Source: Nitrospirota bacterium | GTDB taxonomy: Bacteria > Nitrospirota > Thermodesulfovibrionia > Thermodesulfovibrionales > UBA9159 | Length of the DNA stretch: 64,000 nucleotides | NCBI GenBank assembly: GCA_963699545.1 | Contig: CAVOUE010000009.1 | Location: 159,692 to 223,691, forward strand | Direction: 5' to 3' | In this document: piece by piece, positions 1-11,298 of the stretch | Layout of the letters: each line of letters opens with the position of its first letter | Position numbering within the stretch: the stretch's first letter is position 1 | The notes under the pieces: model-generated | The model's input: the letters and a program-made list of their open reading frames with translations, nothing else | The model's database searches: none | What the model was told of the DNA's origin: nothing | Translations under genes and position numbers: made by a program

Positions 1-125
1 TTTCGCAGGAAGAGAAGAATCGCTTGCTGAAGAAGTACTGGTCGATCCCCGAACGCCAGATCGAGACGTCCGTTGTCCTGGCGGACCAGAAATGGTCTGA
101 TCGGACTGAGGGGAAGACCGAATGA
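1..125 (+). CDS. 3' end of an unidentified CDS entering from outside the window
   Basis: Open frame ...SQEEKNRLLKKYWSIPERQIETSVVLADQKWSDRTEGKTE* whose TGA overlaps the next ATG (ATGA). Confidence 0.4.
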   Translation, partial: SQEEKNRLLKKYWSIPERQIETSVVLADQKWSDRTEGKTE

Positions 126-193
126 AGCTGTCCGTTATCCTTGCGCATCCTGACAAGCGGAGTTTCCAGGAACAGAGCTTGCGCCCATCGTGA
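122..193 (+). pseudogene. N-terminal remnant of a flavodoxin-fold NAD(P)H-dependent oxidoreductase
   Basis: MKLSVILAHPDKRSF resembles the MdaB/KefF-type N-terminus (MKILVILAHP..SF), but the frame stops after 23 codons. Confidence 0.4.
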
Positions 194-217
194 ATGTCCT
201 CTTCATAGCATGCATGG

Positions 218-3037
218 TTATTTCATCTGGTTAAGGATTCTGCCGAGTTCCTCAAGGGCCTTTCCTGCTTCTTCGTACTTCCCTTTGCCCATGAGGTTAC
301 GGTAGTTCTCGAAGGCCTTGGCCGCAGCGGCAACGAGGTCTTTTCTGTCCGCCTCTTTTTTCCTCTTTTGTTGCTGTGGGTTTTGCGGCGCTGTCGCTTG
401 CAGAACCCGCGATCTGCGGGAAGAATTTGCCGAGGGCTTCTTCAAAGGATGCGCCGTAGGCGAGCTGATCGCCGAACACTACCACGACTCTTCTCAACTC
501 GGGCATTTTCCCCACCGATGCCTGGATATAGATAGGCTGTACGTACATGATGCGGTATCCGGAAAGCGGCACGGCGAGGAGGTTTCCGAACCTCACCTGG
601 CTTCCCTGCTGGTTCCAGAGAGTGAGGTCCTTGCTTATCGTCTCGTCCTGATTGATGCGGATGCCGATCTGGAGCGGGCCGTAGACCTGGCGGTCTTTCG
701 GGAATTTGAAGAGCATCAGCTTTCCCGTACTTGTCGCCATCGCACCGCGCCATGATCATGGCAACCATGTTGTTTCTCGGACTGTTCTTGTCAGTGCTGT
801 ACGGGGAGAATGGGAGGGTAAGGACAAATTCCTCCCTGTCCGAGTCAGGCAGCTTCGAAATCAGGTAATAAGGCGTGAATGGGTCTGCGCTTCCTCCTGG
901 CGTACTGCGACCCGGGATACTTCCCAGGCATCCTCGCGGTTATAAAAGACGCCGGGGTCTGCCATGTGATAGATCGCATAGATGTGGCTTTGGACGGTGA
1001 GCAGGTCCTCGGGGTATCTCACGTGGGCCTTCAGTGACTGGGGCATGGCATCGAAGGGTTTAAACAGGGAGGGAAAGGCTCTGGCATAAGCCTGGATGAC
1101 AGGATCGGTCTTGTCGGCAACATAGAAGTCCACCGAGCCTTCATAGGCGTCGACCACTACCTTCACGCTGTTTCGTATATAGTTTGCCTTTTCCATGGTC
1201 GGCTGGGAATAGGGGTAGGTCGTTGCAGTCGTGTAAGCGTCCCAGATGAAATAGATCTTTCCTTCCGCTATCACATGGTACATGTCGTTATCAAAGGTGA
1301 GAAAAGGTGCGATCGTGCGCACTCTGTCGATTGACGTCCCGCATGAAGAGAATGCGGCTTTCCGGGGTGAGTTCCTGGGTAGTGAAGAGCCTCAGTCCGT
1401 CGAAATCGGATGGCGATGGCGAGTTTTTTCAGGAAGCTGTCGATCTTAACGCCCGCTTTCCCCGCATAGGTATTCTGGGCGTTGGTGTCGCCTTTCGGAA
1501 AATCGAATTCCTTCAGCTTGGTGTTGACGTAGACATGGTTGAATGTCTCTTCGCCGAAGTAGATGCGCGGCTGGTCTATCTTAAGTTCGGGATAGGACGC
1601 AACCGGCGGGATGTCCTTGATGTAGTATTCGGGCAGCCCTTCATGGGTGAACTTGTTTACCGGAGCGGCAACATCTCCGTAGCCATGGGTATAGATCATC
1701 GTCTCGTTCTGAAATGTCCTCGACTGGGCGGCGAGGCGGTCGATGTTCAGCTCGCGCAGGGAGAGCATGAGCTGGGTAAGCTTCCCGTTGAGTATGTAGC
1801 GGTCGACGTCGACATCGGGGAAATTGTAGTAGAGGCGTATGAACTGCGTCTGGTCGTTCACCGCTTTGAGGATATCCGGCGCCCAGAGCCGTATGCCGTT
1901 GATGATCGTCAGGTCGCTTTGGGCGAGAACTCCGCTGGGCGAGGGGTTGACGGGAAACTCTATCTCGGCGACGTTCGTGAGTCCGTACGCTTCTTTTGTG
2001 AACTTGTATGTTCCGTTCGCAGGTAAGGCTTTTCGAGGGGGAGTTCGTTCGGCGCTACCCTGAAGTGCTGGATTATCTCGGGGATTACCTGAAGCCCGAC
2101 AATCCATATCCCGCCGAGGAGGAGCCGCGCTGGCGAGATAGATGCCTACGGTCCGCCTGGTAGAACTCGTAAAGGATGCGTAGAGGAAAAGGATGAGGCA
2201 ACCCGCAAGAGCCACGAGGGCAACATTGTACGCAGGCAGCTGCGCGTGCAGGTCGGTCCATCCCGCTCCGTAGACGACACCCCGATGGGAATAGAGGAGT
2301 TCGTAGCGGGCGATAAGGGTCCTGGCGATAAAGACTAAGGTGCCGAAGACGAAGTTTGCCGAGATCTGCGTGACGAGACGGTGGATAAAAGAGTTCCGGG
2401 TAAGGTTGTCGAAGGCAAGTCCGCGGGAACGTGCGAAAAAGGGCATTCTCGACCACATAGAGACCTCCTGACGAGCAAAAGGGAAAAGGAGAAGAGGCTG
2501 CCGAGCGAATCCACGATGAAATTCAAAAAGGGGAGTCTGAATATGTAGAACCCTATGTCTTTCAGAAATACGGGGTCTTCTTTTCCGAAGGGGACGGCGT
2601 TGAAGAAAAGAAGCGCCTCGTTCCAGTGCGCTGAGCTTATCGTGCCGGCGGCAATGAACAACGGTATCTGGAGGAGAAGCGCGGCGAGGAGTATGAACTT
2701 GGAGCGGTTGTCCCTTACGGGCGACGGCCCTGTCGGTTTTGCGCCGTGGTACCAGAAAAAGACATTTGCCACGCCGAGGGATATTGCGACAAATCCGCCG
2801 GCGAGAAAAAGCTCGCCTCGGAGAAAGAGCACCTTCCAGTAGCGGCTTGCGTATCCGAGGTTGTCGTACCAGAGCGATGTAAGGTAGACATCGCTCCAGA
2901 TGTAGATGCCGGCAAGCGCCGCGAGTCCGAGCAGCGCAAATGTCCCGGCTTTTTTGTAACGCCTTCTGCTTCAGGTTGCGTAACACAGGCAGAAAGAAGA
3001 TAAGGCCTATGAAGACAAAGATGATAAAATTGATCAC
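218..3037 (-). CDS. UPF0182 family membrane protein (split by several frameshifts)
   Basis: Fragments carry family motifs DPVFLKDIGFYIFRLPF, YYNFPDVDVDRY, YTHGYG, QPRIYFGE, NYIRNSVKVVVDAYEGSV, HVRYPEDL and LTLWNQQGSQVRFGNLL. GTG start follows GAGGAG. Confidence 0.85.
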
Positions 3038-3134
3038 GGGGTCTCCTCTCACGTAGCATATACGCAAGTCGCTCCCGTAGTCAATACACCGTTCCTTTAT
3101 TGACAATCATCCGGATAAGCAATTAAATTACACC

Positions 3135-3968
3135 ATGTATCCCATTATTTCACAGCGTTCATTGATAGGGCTCGATTACACAAACGGGTCGTACAAGACG
3201 GCCCGCCGGCATATTTTCCCCCTCTGGAAGGCTCTGCCCACCCTGGGCTTTTACCGTTATGTCTTCCCGATCGTCCTCAAGGCGGGCGCCAGGGCAAGAT
3301 GGACAAGGTATGATACTACCGCATGGTGCAAAAGCAGCCTTGAAGTGCTCAGGGCCCTGGAGAGTGTCGGCATCGAAGTCGAGATAACAGGCATCGACCA
3401 TTTCAGGGAACTGAACGGACCGTGCGTCTTCCTCTCTAATCACATGAGCACCCTTGAGACCTTTGTCCTTCCCGTCGTCATCGCCTCGATCAAGCCGGTC
3501 ACCTTCGTGGTGAAGGAGGCCCTTGTGGAGACCCCTGTCTTTAAATACGTGATGCGTTCCCGGGATCCCGTCACCGTGGGCCGGGCGAATCCCCGGGAAG
3601 ACTTAAAGGCAGTGCTGGAAGGGGGAACAGAGAGGTTGAACGCCGGCATTTCGATAATCATATTCCCGCAGACCACACGGTTCCTGGACTTTGATCCCGG
3701 GACATTCAACACCATCGGCATAAAACTGGCAAGAAAGGCAGGCGTCCCCGTGGTCCCCATTGCGCTGAAGACCGATGCGTGGGGCAACGGCAAACACTTC
3801 AAGGATTTCGGCAGGATGGATCCTTCCCTGCCGGTGCATTTCGCTTTTGGAAAACCGCAATGGATCAAAGGCCGTGGTGCAGAGGAGCACAGCCAGGTCA
3901 CAGAATTCATCGGCAGTAAACTGGAGGAATGGTCGGGCCGGGACACGGCCCCCCGCAATGATCCCTGA
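3135..3968 (+). CDS. plsC: 1-acyl-sn-glycerol-3-phosphate acyltransferase (lysophospholipid acyltransferase family)
   Basis: NHMSTLE (HX4D/E-type motif), IIIFPQTTR and PVVPIAL motifs. Confidence 0.8.
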   Translation: MYPIISQRSLIGLDYTNGSYKTARRHIFPLWKALPTLGFYRYVFPIVLKAGARARWTRYDTTAWCKSSLEVLRALESVGIEVEITGIDHFRELNGPCVFLSNHMSTLETFVLPVVIASIKPVTFVVKEALVETPVFKYVMRSRDPVTVGRANPREDLKAVLEGGTERLNAGISIIIFPQTTRFLDFDPGTFNTIGIKLARKAGVPVVPIALKTDAWGNGKHFKDFGRMDPSLPVHFAFGKPQWIKGRGAEEHSQVTEFIGSKLEEWSGRDTAPRNDP

Positions 3969-3970
3969 AC

Positions 3971-4705
3971 ATGGGTAGCTTGAAAACCGCAGGGATAATC
4001 ATCATCGGCAATGAGATCCTCTCAGGCAAGGTGCAGGACACGAATTCACCTTACCTCGCATCGGAATTAAGAGACCTCGGAGTAAGCCTTGCACGGATCA
4101 GCGTGATTCCTGACGATGCGGAGATCATCGGTCGGGAAGCAGCAGAGTTTTCGGAAAGGTATGATTATGTATTTACATCGGGAGGGATCGGTCCGACCCA
4201 CGACGATGTCACTGTGGAAGGCATTGCGCGCGGTTTCGGCGTGAAGGTCGTTACACATCCGGTACTGGCAAAATACTTTCAGGGGCGGTACGGCGACAGG
4301 CTCAATGCAGCGGTCATGAAAATGGCAGCGGTGCCGGAAGGGGCCGAGATTATTGACCCCGGCGATATGAGGTTCCCTTTGATTTCTTTCAGGAACATCT
4401 TCATCCTCCCCGGCATACCACAATACCTCGAGGAAAAATTCGCAGGGATAAAAGAGAGATTCCGTTGCTCCGAATGCCATCTCAGGAGGCTCTTTCTGAA
4501 AGCCAACGAATCGGATATTGCAGAAACCCTGAATGGGGTTGTCGCAAAGAATACGGAAGTCACCTTCGGCTCCTACCCTATCCTGGAGAACCCCGAATAT
4601 ACGGTCATCGTCACCGCGGAATCGAGATCGCTGGGCGCGCTGAACGCTGCGGTTGCAGAGCTGGTGCACCGGCTGGACCGGGATATCCTCGTCCGGGTTG
4701 AGTAA
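3971..4705 (+). CDS. Molybdopterin-binding CinA-like (competence/damage-inducible) protein
   Basis: IIIIGNEILSGKVQDTN, SGGIGPTHDDVT and LPGIP motifs. Confidence 0.85.
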   Translation: MGSLKTAGIIIIGNEILSGKVQDTNSPYLASELRDLGVSLARISVIPDDAEIIGREAAEFSERYDYVFTSGGIGPTHDDVTVEGIARGFGVKVVTHPVLAKYFQGRYGDRLNAAVMKMAAVPEGAEIIDPGDMRFPLISFRNIFILPGIPQYLEEKFAGIKERFRCSECHLRRLFLKANESDIAETLNGVVAKNTEVTFGSYPILENPEYTVIVTAESRSLGALNAAVAELVHRLDRDILVRVE

Positions 4706-4738
4706 AGGGGAGCGACCGCCTGCAATCCCCCTGCCCCG

Positions 4739-6058
4739 TCAGACCTTGATATGCAGCATAGGCAATCCCAGCCTCTGTCTGTTGTTCTCACCTTTGAACA
4801 AGTCTGTCGCCCTCTCCGGGACATCGCCCCGCTCACCCTCGTGCTGGGCCTGGAGTTTCGTGGGCAGACTTGCAGCATGATGAACGGTGTATTTGCCGAA
4901 TTTCTCAGACAACCTGTCAATAGTGCGTAGATCCTGGCCATCTTCTCTATCTTGGCAGTGTCGTCAAAGAGGGTATACTGGACCTCGTCCTTCCGGTACC
5001 AGGCCGGCAAGGACGACACCGGTCTGGCGATAGGGGTTCGCAGGCCGATAAAGATGCTCAAAGCCCTGCCGTAACGGTCCGAAGAGCTCGGCGGGATAGG
5101 CCGTGGGACGGCTCAACTTCATTTCGACCCCGGTGTCTTTGAAATCCTGTGTCCTGAGAAAGACGATGAGCCGTGTGGCAGCGAGCTTGTAGCGTCGTGC
5201 CTTGATGCAGGCGTTCTCCAGGTTCTTCGAAAGCTGGGCAAAGACGAAGGTCTCATCCGTTCGACGGAGGGGTAAAGGTCTTTGTCTTGCTGATGGACTG
5301 ATAGCTGTCTTTTGATTCGGTGACAACCGGGTAGACGCTCCTTCCGTTCAGCTCGTGCCAGATCTCCTGATAGGGCTTGGAGAGATGTCTTCTGGATAAA
5401 CCCTTCGTCCTTTCGCGCAAACTCCAGGGCGGTCGTTATCCCGAACTTCCTGCAGGAAGGCGGCCGTATTCGGCCCGATGCCCCAGACCTTTTCCACGGG
5501 CAGTTTTTCCAGATAGAGGTGTATCTCCCTCCCCGGTATCAGGGTGAGGCCGTGGGGTTTGTTATGTTTTGAACCGATCTTTGCCAGGACCTTCGAGAGG
5601 CTCACGCCCGACCGATACGGTGATCCCCAGTTCTGTCTCGACGGTCTCCTGCATCTTCCGGGCGATCATCCCGTAGGGACCGTGGAAAGCTCCTCCTCAG
5701 GCCCGGTGAGGTCCACAAAGGCCTCGTCGATGGAGTATTCCTCCACGTCCGGGAGAGAAGCGCCTGAGTATCTCGAACATCCGGACGGAAAAGAGGCTGT
5801 AGGTCTCATAGTCCGACGGGAGGATGACGGCATCGGGACAGATCTTCTTCACCTCGAAGAGCCGCATCCCCCTCGTGACCCCCCTGGCCTTTGCCTCGTA
5901 GCTTGCGGCCGCCACGATCCCGCGCTCCTTGCCGGTGATGACGGGTTTACCCCTGAGCTCTGGATGGATCGCCTGCTCGCAGGAGGCAAAGAAGGCATCG
6001 GCATCCAGATGGAGGATCGCCTGCGGCCAGGAATGGATGGTGAGGGGTTGGGCGGTCA
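4739..6058 (-). CDS. dinB: Y-family DNA polymerase (DinB/UmuC-like), multiple frameshifts
   Basis: ILHLDADAFFASCEQ, AASYEAKARGV, VEEYSIDEAF, SKVLAKIGSKHNKPHG, VWGIG and a clamp-binding-like QYTLF, spread over successive frames. Confidence 0.85.
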
Positions 6059-6068
6059 TTGAACATTC

Positions 6069-6091
6069 GTAGGGGCATGGCATGCCCCTGC
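6069..6091. repeat. GTAG-type REP-like palindrome (left island boundary)
   Basis: GTAGGGGCATGGCATGCCCCTGC, an imperfect inverted repeat 10 bp upstream of the polymerase start. Confidence 0.65.
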
Positions 6092-6200
6092 CGGCGATTT
6101 TAGAGAGACGATATACAGGTGTTTCCAGTTTGAACCGAGATGACCCGCATTCATAACTATCGCAATTTCATCCGTCACCTTTTGATTTTCTTCGCACTTT

Positions 6201-6974
6201 CTATATTTGTGTTCCTTGCTTGATATGGTAATTGATTCTGTTTTTTTTGCAAAAATTAATAACAGATAACGCAAGGCTATTATAAAATTCCTTGGAATAT
6301 TTGAATTCAGATGATTTAACGTTATAATTCAACCTGCCAAAGACAATTTTATCCACAAAAGATACCGCTTCCAATATTTCCATCAAGTCCTGCTTAATTA
6401 AATTAGGGGTAGGATATGGCTCCATGCTCACCCATGTTTTGAATCCTTTTTTATGCAAATATTTGAGAGATTCGATTCTATCTCTAAACTTGGCCGAATT
6501 CGGCTCGAATTCTTTCCTGAATTTTTCATTCAGAGAAACTAATGTGATACCATACTCATTTTTGTTACTAAAACCATTTCCATTACCAAGTTCTCCAGGA
6601 AAAATCCCTTTCGTTAATACAGTGCAATGGATATTATTTGTATTGAGCTTAGCGATAATTTTCAAACTCAAGTTACATACCCGTTCCTGCTCATACATGA
6701 ATGGGTCCGTAGAAAAACATAAATGAACATACTTAATTTTCTTTTTGTATTTTGGTATTTCTTTTTCCAGAAGCCCTAAAGCATTCGAAACTATTTTAGG
6801 CCGGCACCATTCTTCATAGGTTTTTACAATTCCACATCTTTTTTTCATCATATAGGCATAACATGGGTACTTGCAGCCGTGAGAACAGCCCTCGACATGA
6901 TTTAAACAAAAATCTGCGTACTCGACTCCGCTTTTATAAAGCAGAGATTTTCTTTGTATTTCTAACAATCTCAT
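6201..6974 (-). CDS. Radical SAM protein (SplB/spore photoproduct lyase-like), partner of TcmP
   Basis: NHVEGCSHGCKYPCYA Cys cluster, STDPF, LTKG, TWVSMEP. Start overlaps the tcmP stop (ATGA). Confidence 0.8.
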   Translation of the reverse strand: MRLLEIQRKSLLYKSGVEYADFCLNHVEGCSHGCKYPCYAYMMKKRCGIVKTYEEWCRPKIVSNALGLLEKEIPKYKKKIKYVHLCFSTDPFMYEQERVCNLSLKIIAKLNTNNIHCTVLTKGIFPGELGNGNGFSNKNEYGITLVSLNEKFRKEFEPNSAKFRDRIESLKYLHKKGFKTWVSMEPYPTPNLIKQDLMEILEAVSFVDKIVFGRLNYNVKSSEFKYSKEFYNSLALSVINFCKKNRINYHIKQGTQI

Positions 6975-7320
6975 ATTATCTTAAACAAGTCCGTTTCGGT
7001 GAAAGACCTGCATCTTGGTCTTGGATTAATCCTAATAAGCTTTTTATCTTTTTCTAAATATATCAAAGCATCTTTAAAGTCTTGCACGCGATAAACATTT
7101 TCTCCTGTTAACATTTTTTCCAATATGGTATCCAGCGTTATTTCTTGACTTCCTACGAATTCATCATATATAGCATTCATGATGTCTTGCTTGAAAAATA
7201 AAGTTTGTCTTTCTGGCTCTCCTTCTATGAAATTATCTTTCATTTTTTCAAGACCCTGGAGTTCCCCCGGTTTGATAGACACATTTAAAGGTACAATTGG
7301 AAGCAACTGAGGAGGTGTCC

Positions 7321-7605
7321 ATGTCGAACCGGAAATACACAGAGGAGTTCAAGTCTGAGGCAATCAAGCAGGTGACAGAGCGGGGCTACAAGGTCCAGGA
7401 AGTATGTGAAAGGTTAGGGATATCGGACAAGAGCCTGTACCTGTGGCTGCGATTAGCACGAAAAAGCAACGGGAAGCACGGACAGGGCAACGACAATGAG
7501 CTGAAACAGGAGATCGTTCGTCTGAAGTCGGAACTGAAGCGGGTCGAAGAGGAGCGTGACATACTAAAAAAGGCCGCCGCGTACTTTGCCAAGGCATCCC
7601 AGTAA
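7321..7605 (+). CDS. IS3 transposase OrfA
   Basis: MSNRKYTEEFKSEAIK...EERDILKKAAAYFAK, with an A6G slippery site at 7566-7572 and a GGAGG RBS. Confidence 0.92.
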   Translation: MSNRKYTEEFKSEAIKQVTERGYKVQEVCERLGISDKSLYLWLRLARKSNGKHGQGNDNELKQEIVRLKSELKRVEEERDILKKAAAYFAKASQ

Positions 7606-8469
7606 GGTACGCTTTTATCAGAGGGCACCGGCAGGAGTTTCGAGTGGTGTCAATGTGTCGGGTGTTGCGGGTGCACAGAAGCGGCTATTACGCCTGGATG
7701 AAAGAACCAGAGTCTGCCCGGCAGAAAGAAAATCAGCGATTGGTCGGTTTGATCCGGGGATTTCATGAGGCAAGCGATCGGTCTTATGGCAGCCCACGGA
7801 TAACAAGGGATCTGCGGGAGACCGGGGAGCAGTGCAACGAAAAACGGGTAGCCAGACTGATGAAGCAGGAAGGCTTAAGGGCAAAGGTTGGCTATAAGCG
7901 ACCACGGTATAAGGCCGGGAGAACCTGCCTTGGTGGTTATGAATCGGCTTGAACAGAACTTCGATGTGCCGAGACCTGATTACGCATGGGTGACGGACAT
8001 TACCTATATCCGCACCTGGGAGGGATGGTTGTATCTGGCAGTTGTACTTGATCTGTTCTCACGAATTGTGGTGGGTTGGTCGATGAAGCCCACATTGGAG
8101 AGAGAACTCGTTCTTGATGCCTTGCTCATGGCTGTATGGAGAAGAAAGCCGAAAGGCAAAGTTATTGTTCATTCTGATCAGGGCTCGCAGTATGGCAGTG
8201 ATGACTGGATGAGGTTTTGCAAGGATCATAATCTTGAACCCAGCATGAGCCGGCGCGGCAACTGCTTTGACAATGCTGTTGCAGAATCCTTTTTCAGTAG
8301 TCTCAAGAAGGAAAGAATCGGCAGACGGATTTATCGGAGCAGGGAAGAAGGACGATCAGATATATTTGATTACATCGAGGTGTTTTACAACAGGACAAGG
8401 CGTCATAGCTACCTCGGACAGGTAAGCCCTTATGAGTTTGAAAAGGCGGCTGCCTGTGGTAGTCTATGA
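7602..8469 (+). CDS. IS3 transposase OrfB (DDE/rve), with an extra frameshift near 7920
   Basis: YGSPRI, WVTDITYI, YLAVVLDLFSR, HSDQGSQY, SRRGNCFDNAVAESFF, YNRTRRHS. Confidence 0.9.
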
Positions 8470-9284
8470 GTGTCTACTGAACCGGGGGAACTCCACCCTT
8501 CCTATTCCGAGATGCAAAAATCAAATAGTAAATATGTACATTGTTAGAATTTTTGAGATTTTTGACCGCATAATATTTGAACCCCAGCTTCTTTAACCCT
8601 ATCAAATAAATATCCAAATATTTCTTCCTTGCTTGAGAGGGAGTAATTGTTCCTTTCTTCCTTTCCTGATATATTGGCTCCCAAGATTCCGTTCCGAAAA
8701 TCTTATTTAATTTTTCCCTCTTTTCATCATCAATATCTTTTCCATCTTCAAGCGGCATATATCTATTAATTGCCATTCCAAAAGGAAAATTGATAAGTAA
8801 CTCGGCTTTATTTTTCTCAGATATTTTTTTGATTGTACCCCAGTAAAGATCACCTGCCTGAGGGTCCAATAAAGCTAAGAAAGGATTATTATCTGCTATT
8901 TTTTGAAGAACCCTAGCAATTTCGATATTGCAATCACTATGAAATATTTCAACATTGAGATTAGGGAATAAAGACCTGAGATTTTCGAGTTCTTTTATTT
9001 TATTCTCATCCAGTTCTATAAAAAAATACTTACTGAAAGGCGGATTAACCGTCAAAGCTAAAGTCGCAGAACCTCTAATCGTCTTTAAAGTTTGTTTGCT
9101 CTTACAGAAGCCCGTGCTTGCAAAGCCATCTATAAAATAAAATTCTTTATATCCTGCACGAGTTAAAATGTTTGAGTATGCTCCAAGATAACTATGAATA
9201 CACTTTAACTTAATCTCCGACCATTCACCGATTTCTTTGCCAAATTCTTTCTTCATCGTGATAAATCCTTTTCTAAACTTTCCA

Positions 9285-11190
9285 CTACTTCCAGTTTTTC
9301 AGAAAAGCAAGCCGATCCTCTATACGTAGTTTCATCTGGTCAAGCAAATTTTTGTACGTCAGAATTTTCACATCTTTATCGGATGATTGTAACCACCGCC
9401 ACTGTTCATGTGAAATTTGCGGTGTTTTGCCCACCACCAGATTCATAGATGGCTCATAATATTCTATCCCTTGCTTAGCAAATTTTTTCTTCACTGAGTC
9501 TTGAGAAAGAAGCCTTGCATAGTTTTTTATCTGCTGGATTGCATAAATTACTTCAGACTTGATAACTGGGATGTCTCGATAAGTACGAGTGAGTGGAATG
9601 ACTCTCTTAATCTCGAACAAGTCCCAGTCATTCATTACGCTGTTCCTCAAAAAAACATCAAACCGTCTATTCTTCTGCGAGATGTCCAAACTAGGAAGTC
9701 TCAGCCATATTTGAGTTTCAATCCTGTCATAATTGGTACCAAAGATATCTTGGAAGTGAGCAACGAGGAATTCTTCAAGCTCGTCTTCTAATGTCTCGCT
9801 TCGAATAAGAGCTTCAAATTCAGATAGAACAGTTTCCTTTTTTTGCAGTAAATCAGCAAACAAAGGCTCACAGGGCTGTTTGCTCTCCTTTAAAACTCCC
9901 CCAAGGATCGTTTCAGTCATAAATTTTGAAACGGATGCGGAACTTTGATCGAGTCGAATAGAAATCCCTTCATTGTAAGTATTCAAAAATCGCTGAAAGG
10001 CTTCTCTTGTCCCACCAGCATTTAAATCGAGGAATGAGTCATAACTCCCAACAAAAAAAGCAGATACGTACAACTGCAAATGATTGGCAAGGTCACTATA
10101 TTGAGGGATTATAGTACGTTGATAATAATCTTTATCAAGATTTCCTAAATTTGTGAGAACTGCTATGGAACGAAGTTTTGCAGCTTTAACCATAGCCTCG
10201 GATACGAGGCCAAAATATCCAATTCTACCTTTATAGTAATCTCTAATCTTTGTCAAACCTTGAGTAAGAAGTGGGTCTTTTGACACATTAATTTTCCTTA
10301 AATCGCTGAATATTTCCAGCGGTAGGTAATGAAGGAGAAACAAAGATTCCAGCGAGTCACCATAGGAGTCAAGCAATGGTTTCTTAAAAACTGGTTCATC
10401 TATCTCTTGAATACGTTGAAATGGTTCATGTCGGTCATTAAACAGTTCAATGATGAACGATTCAAAAGCAGTCGTGTTAAGTCTTGGCAGAAGTGTTAAA
10501 AGAAGATTTTTGTCAACTTGAGGTTCATTTGTTCTCTCGACTGCTTGCATCGCATGAGAAACCTCTGGACCTGAAATTAATATAGGGGGATCAGAAAGTT
10601 GATCAAGTTGATGAAAATGGTTACTTGTGCTTAAGTCCGCTTCAAAATGAGGTAGTTCTTGGACTGGTGTTAAAACAAACTCAAAAACCCACTCTTCTTC
10701 ATTCTCCTCGTCTTCTTCCTCTGATTCCTCAGAATTGATACCGCCCTGAATTGCAACCTTATACCAGCCAGGCTGTATAGTAAGCTTCTCACATTTGTTG
10801 TAGTTGTTGTCATACTCATAGCTATCAAATGGCTCCCAAAACATCAGGCTGTTCAAATTTGCCAATACCAGTTGGCCTGTTTTTGTGCCTAAAATCCACC
10901 CGCTGGAGAACAGTGATAGGAGGACTTTGCAGATAAGCCTCGGCGTCTGAGTGCCGCACAATTAATGTATATTCGGATTGCAATGCATCGAAAACACATG
11001 CCATAATGCCTTGTTGACAAAGAGCTTCCCACTCACCCATTGAGTCAAATCGTGCTAGCAAGTCGGCTCCTTGCGATTCGCCATGACAGAAATCATCCAG
11101 TCTCTTCGGATCGCAAAGGACAATACCCAGATCGAACACCGGTTCGAACTTCTTAAATATTAGCCTGAATACATCTTTTGAGCCTTTCAT
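9285..11190 (-). CDS. Shedu (SduA/DUF4263)-like nuclease with long N-terminal region. One frameshift near 10910; may instead be two genes, the second starting at 10550
   Basis: C-terminal EDELEEFL...RFDVFL...LFEIKR...AIQQIKNY...LVVGK...ILTYKNLL fits the DUF4263 PD-(D/E)xK pattern. Confidence 0.7.
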
Positions 11191-11298
11191 CTACTTTCCC
11201 CAAAATTACTTATTACAGTTCCCTCCAAATGATACAGAATCCATATCAAAATTCATAGGAGATAAACGTTTACTTGAACAACTTGTTCCCCGCCCCCG

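Larger units (their letters stand above)
7257..8495 (+). mobile_element. IS3-family insertion sequence, 1239 bp
   Basis: 26-bp terminal inverted repeats TGGAGTTCCCCCGGTT(TGA/CAG)TAGACAC (23/26 identical), 5'-TG...CA-3' ends, 3-bp CCC target duplication (7254-7256 and 8496-8498), orfA/orfB layout. Confidence 0.95.
6971..9256 (-). pseudogene. tcmP: Three-Cys-motif partner protein TcmP, interrupted by an IS3-family element
   Basis: WSEIKL, FIDGFASTG, GSATLAL, FIELD, DCN, LLDP, ELLINFP, YYLIFASRN. Removing the IS and one CCC restores ...RNRKGLEKMKD... in frame (347 aa). Confidence 0.85.

Noticed and set aside
1271-3106. 611-aa ORF as a novel protein
   Set aside because: It is a mosaic of in-frame and out-of-frame segments of the frameshifted UPF0182 gene.
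6056-6274. 72-aa ORF between the radical SAM gene and dinB
   Set aside because: It overlaps the radical SAM 3' end and runs through the palindrome, with no recognisable motif or RBS.
11262-11273. TAAACGTTTA palindrome as a second SOS box
   Set aside because: It lacks the 4-nt spacer of the lexA promoter motif and is too short to be significant in AT-rich DNA.
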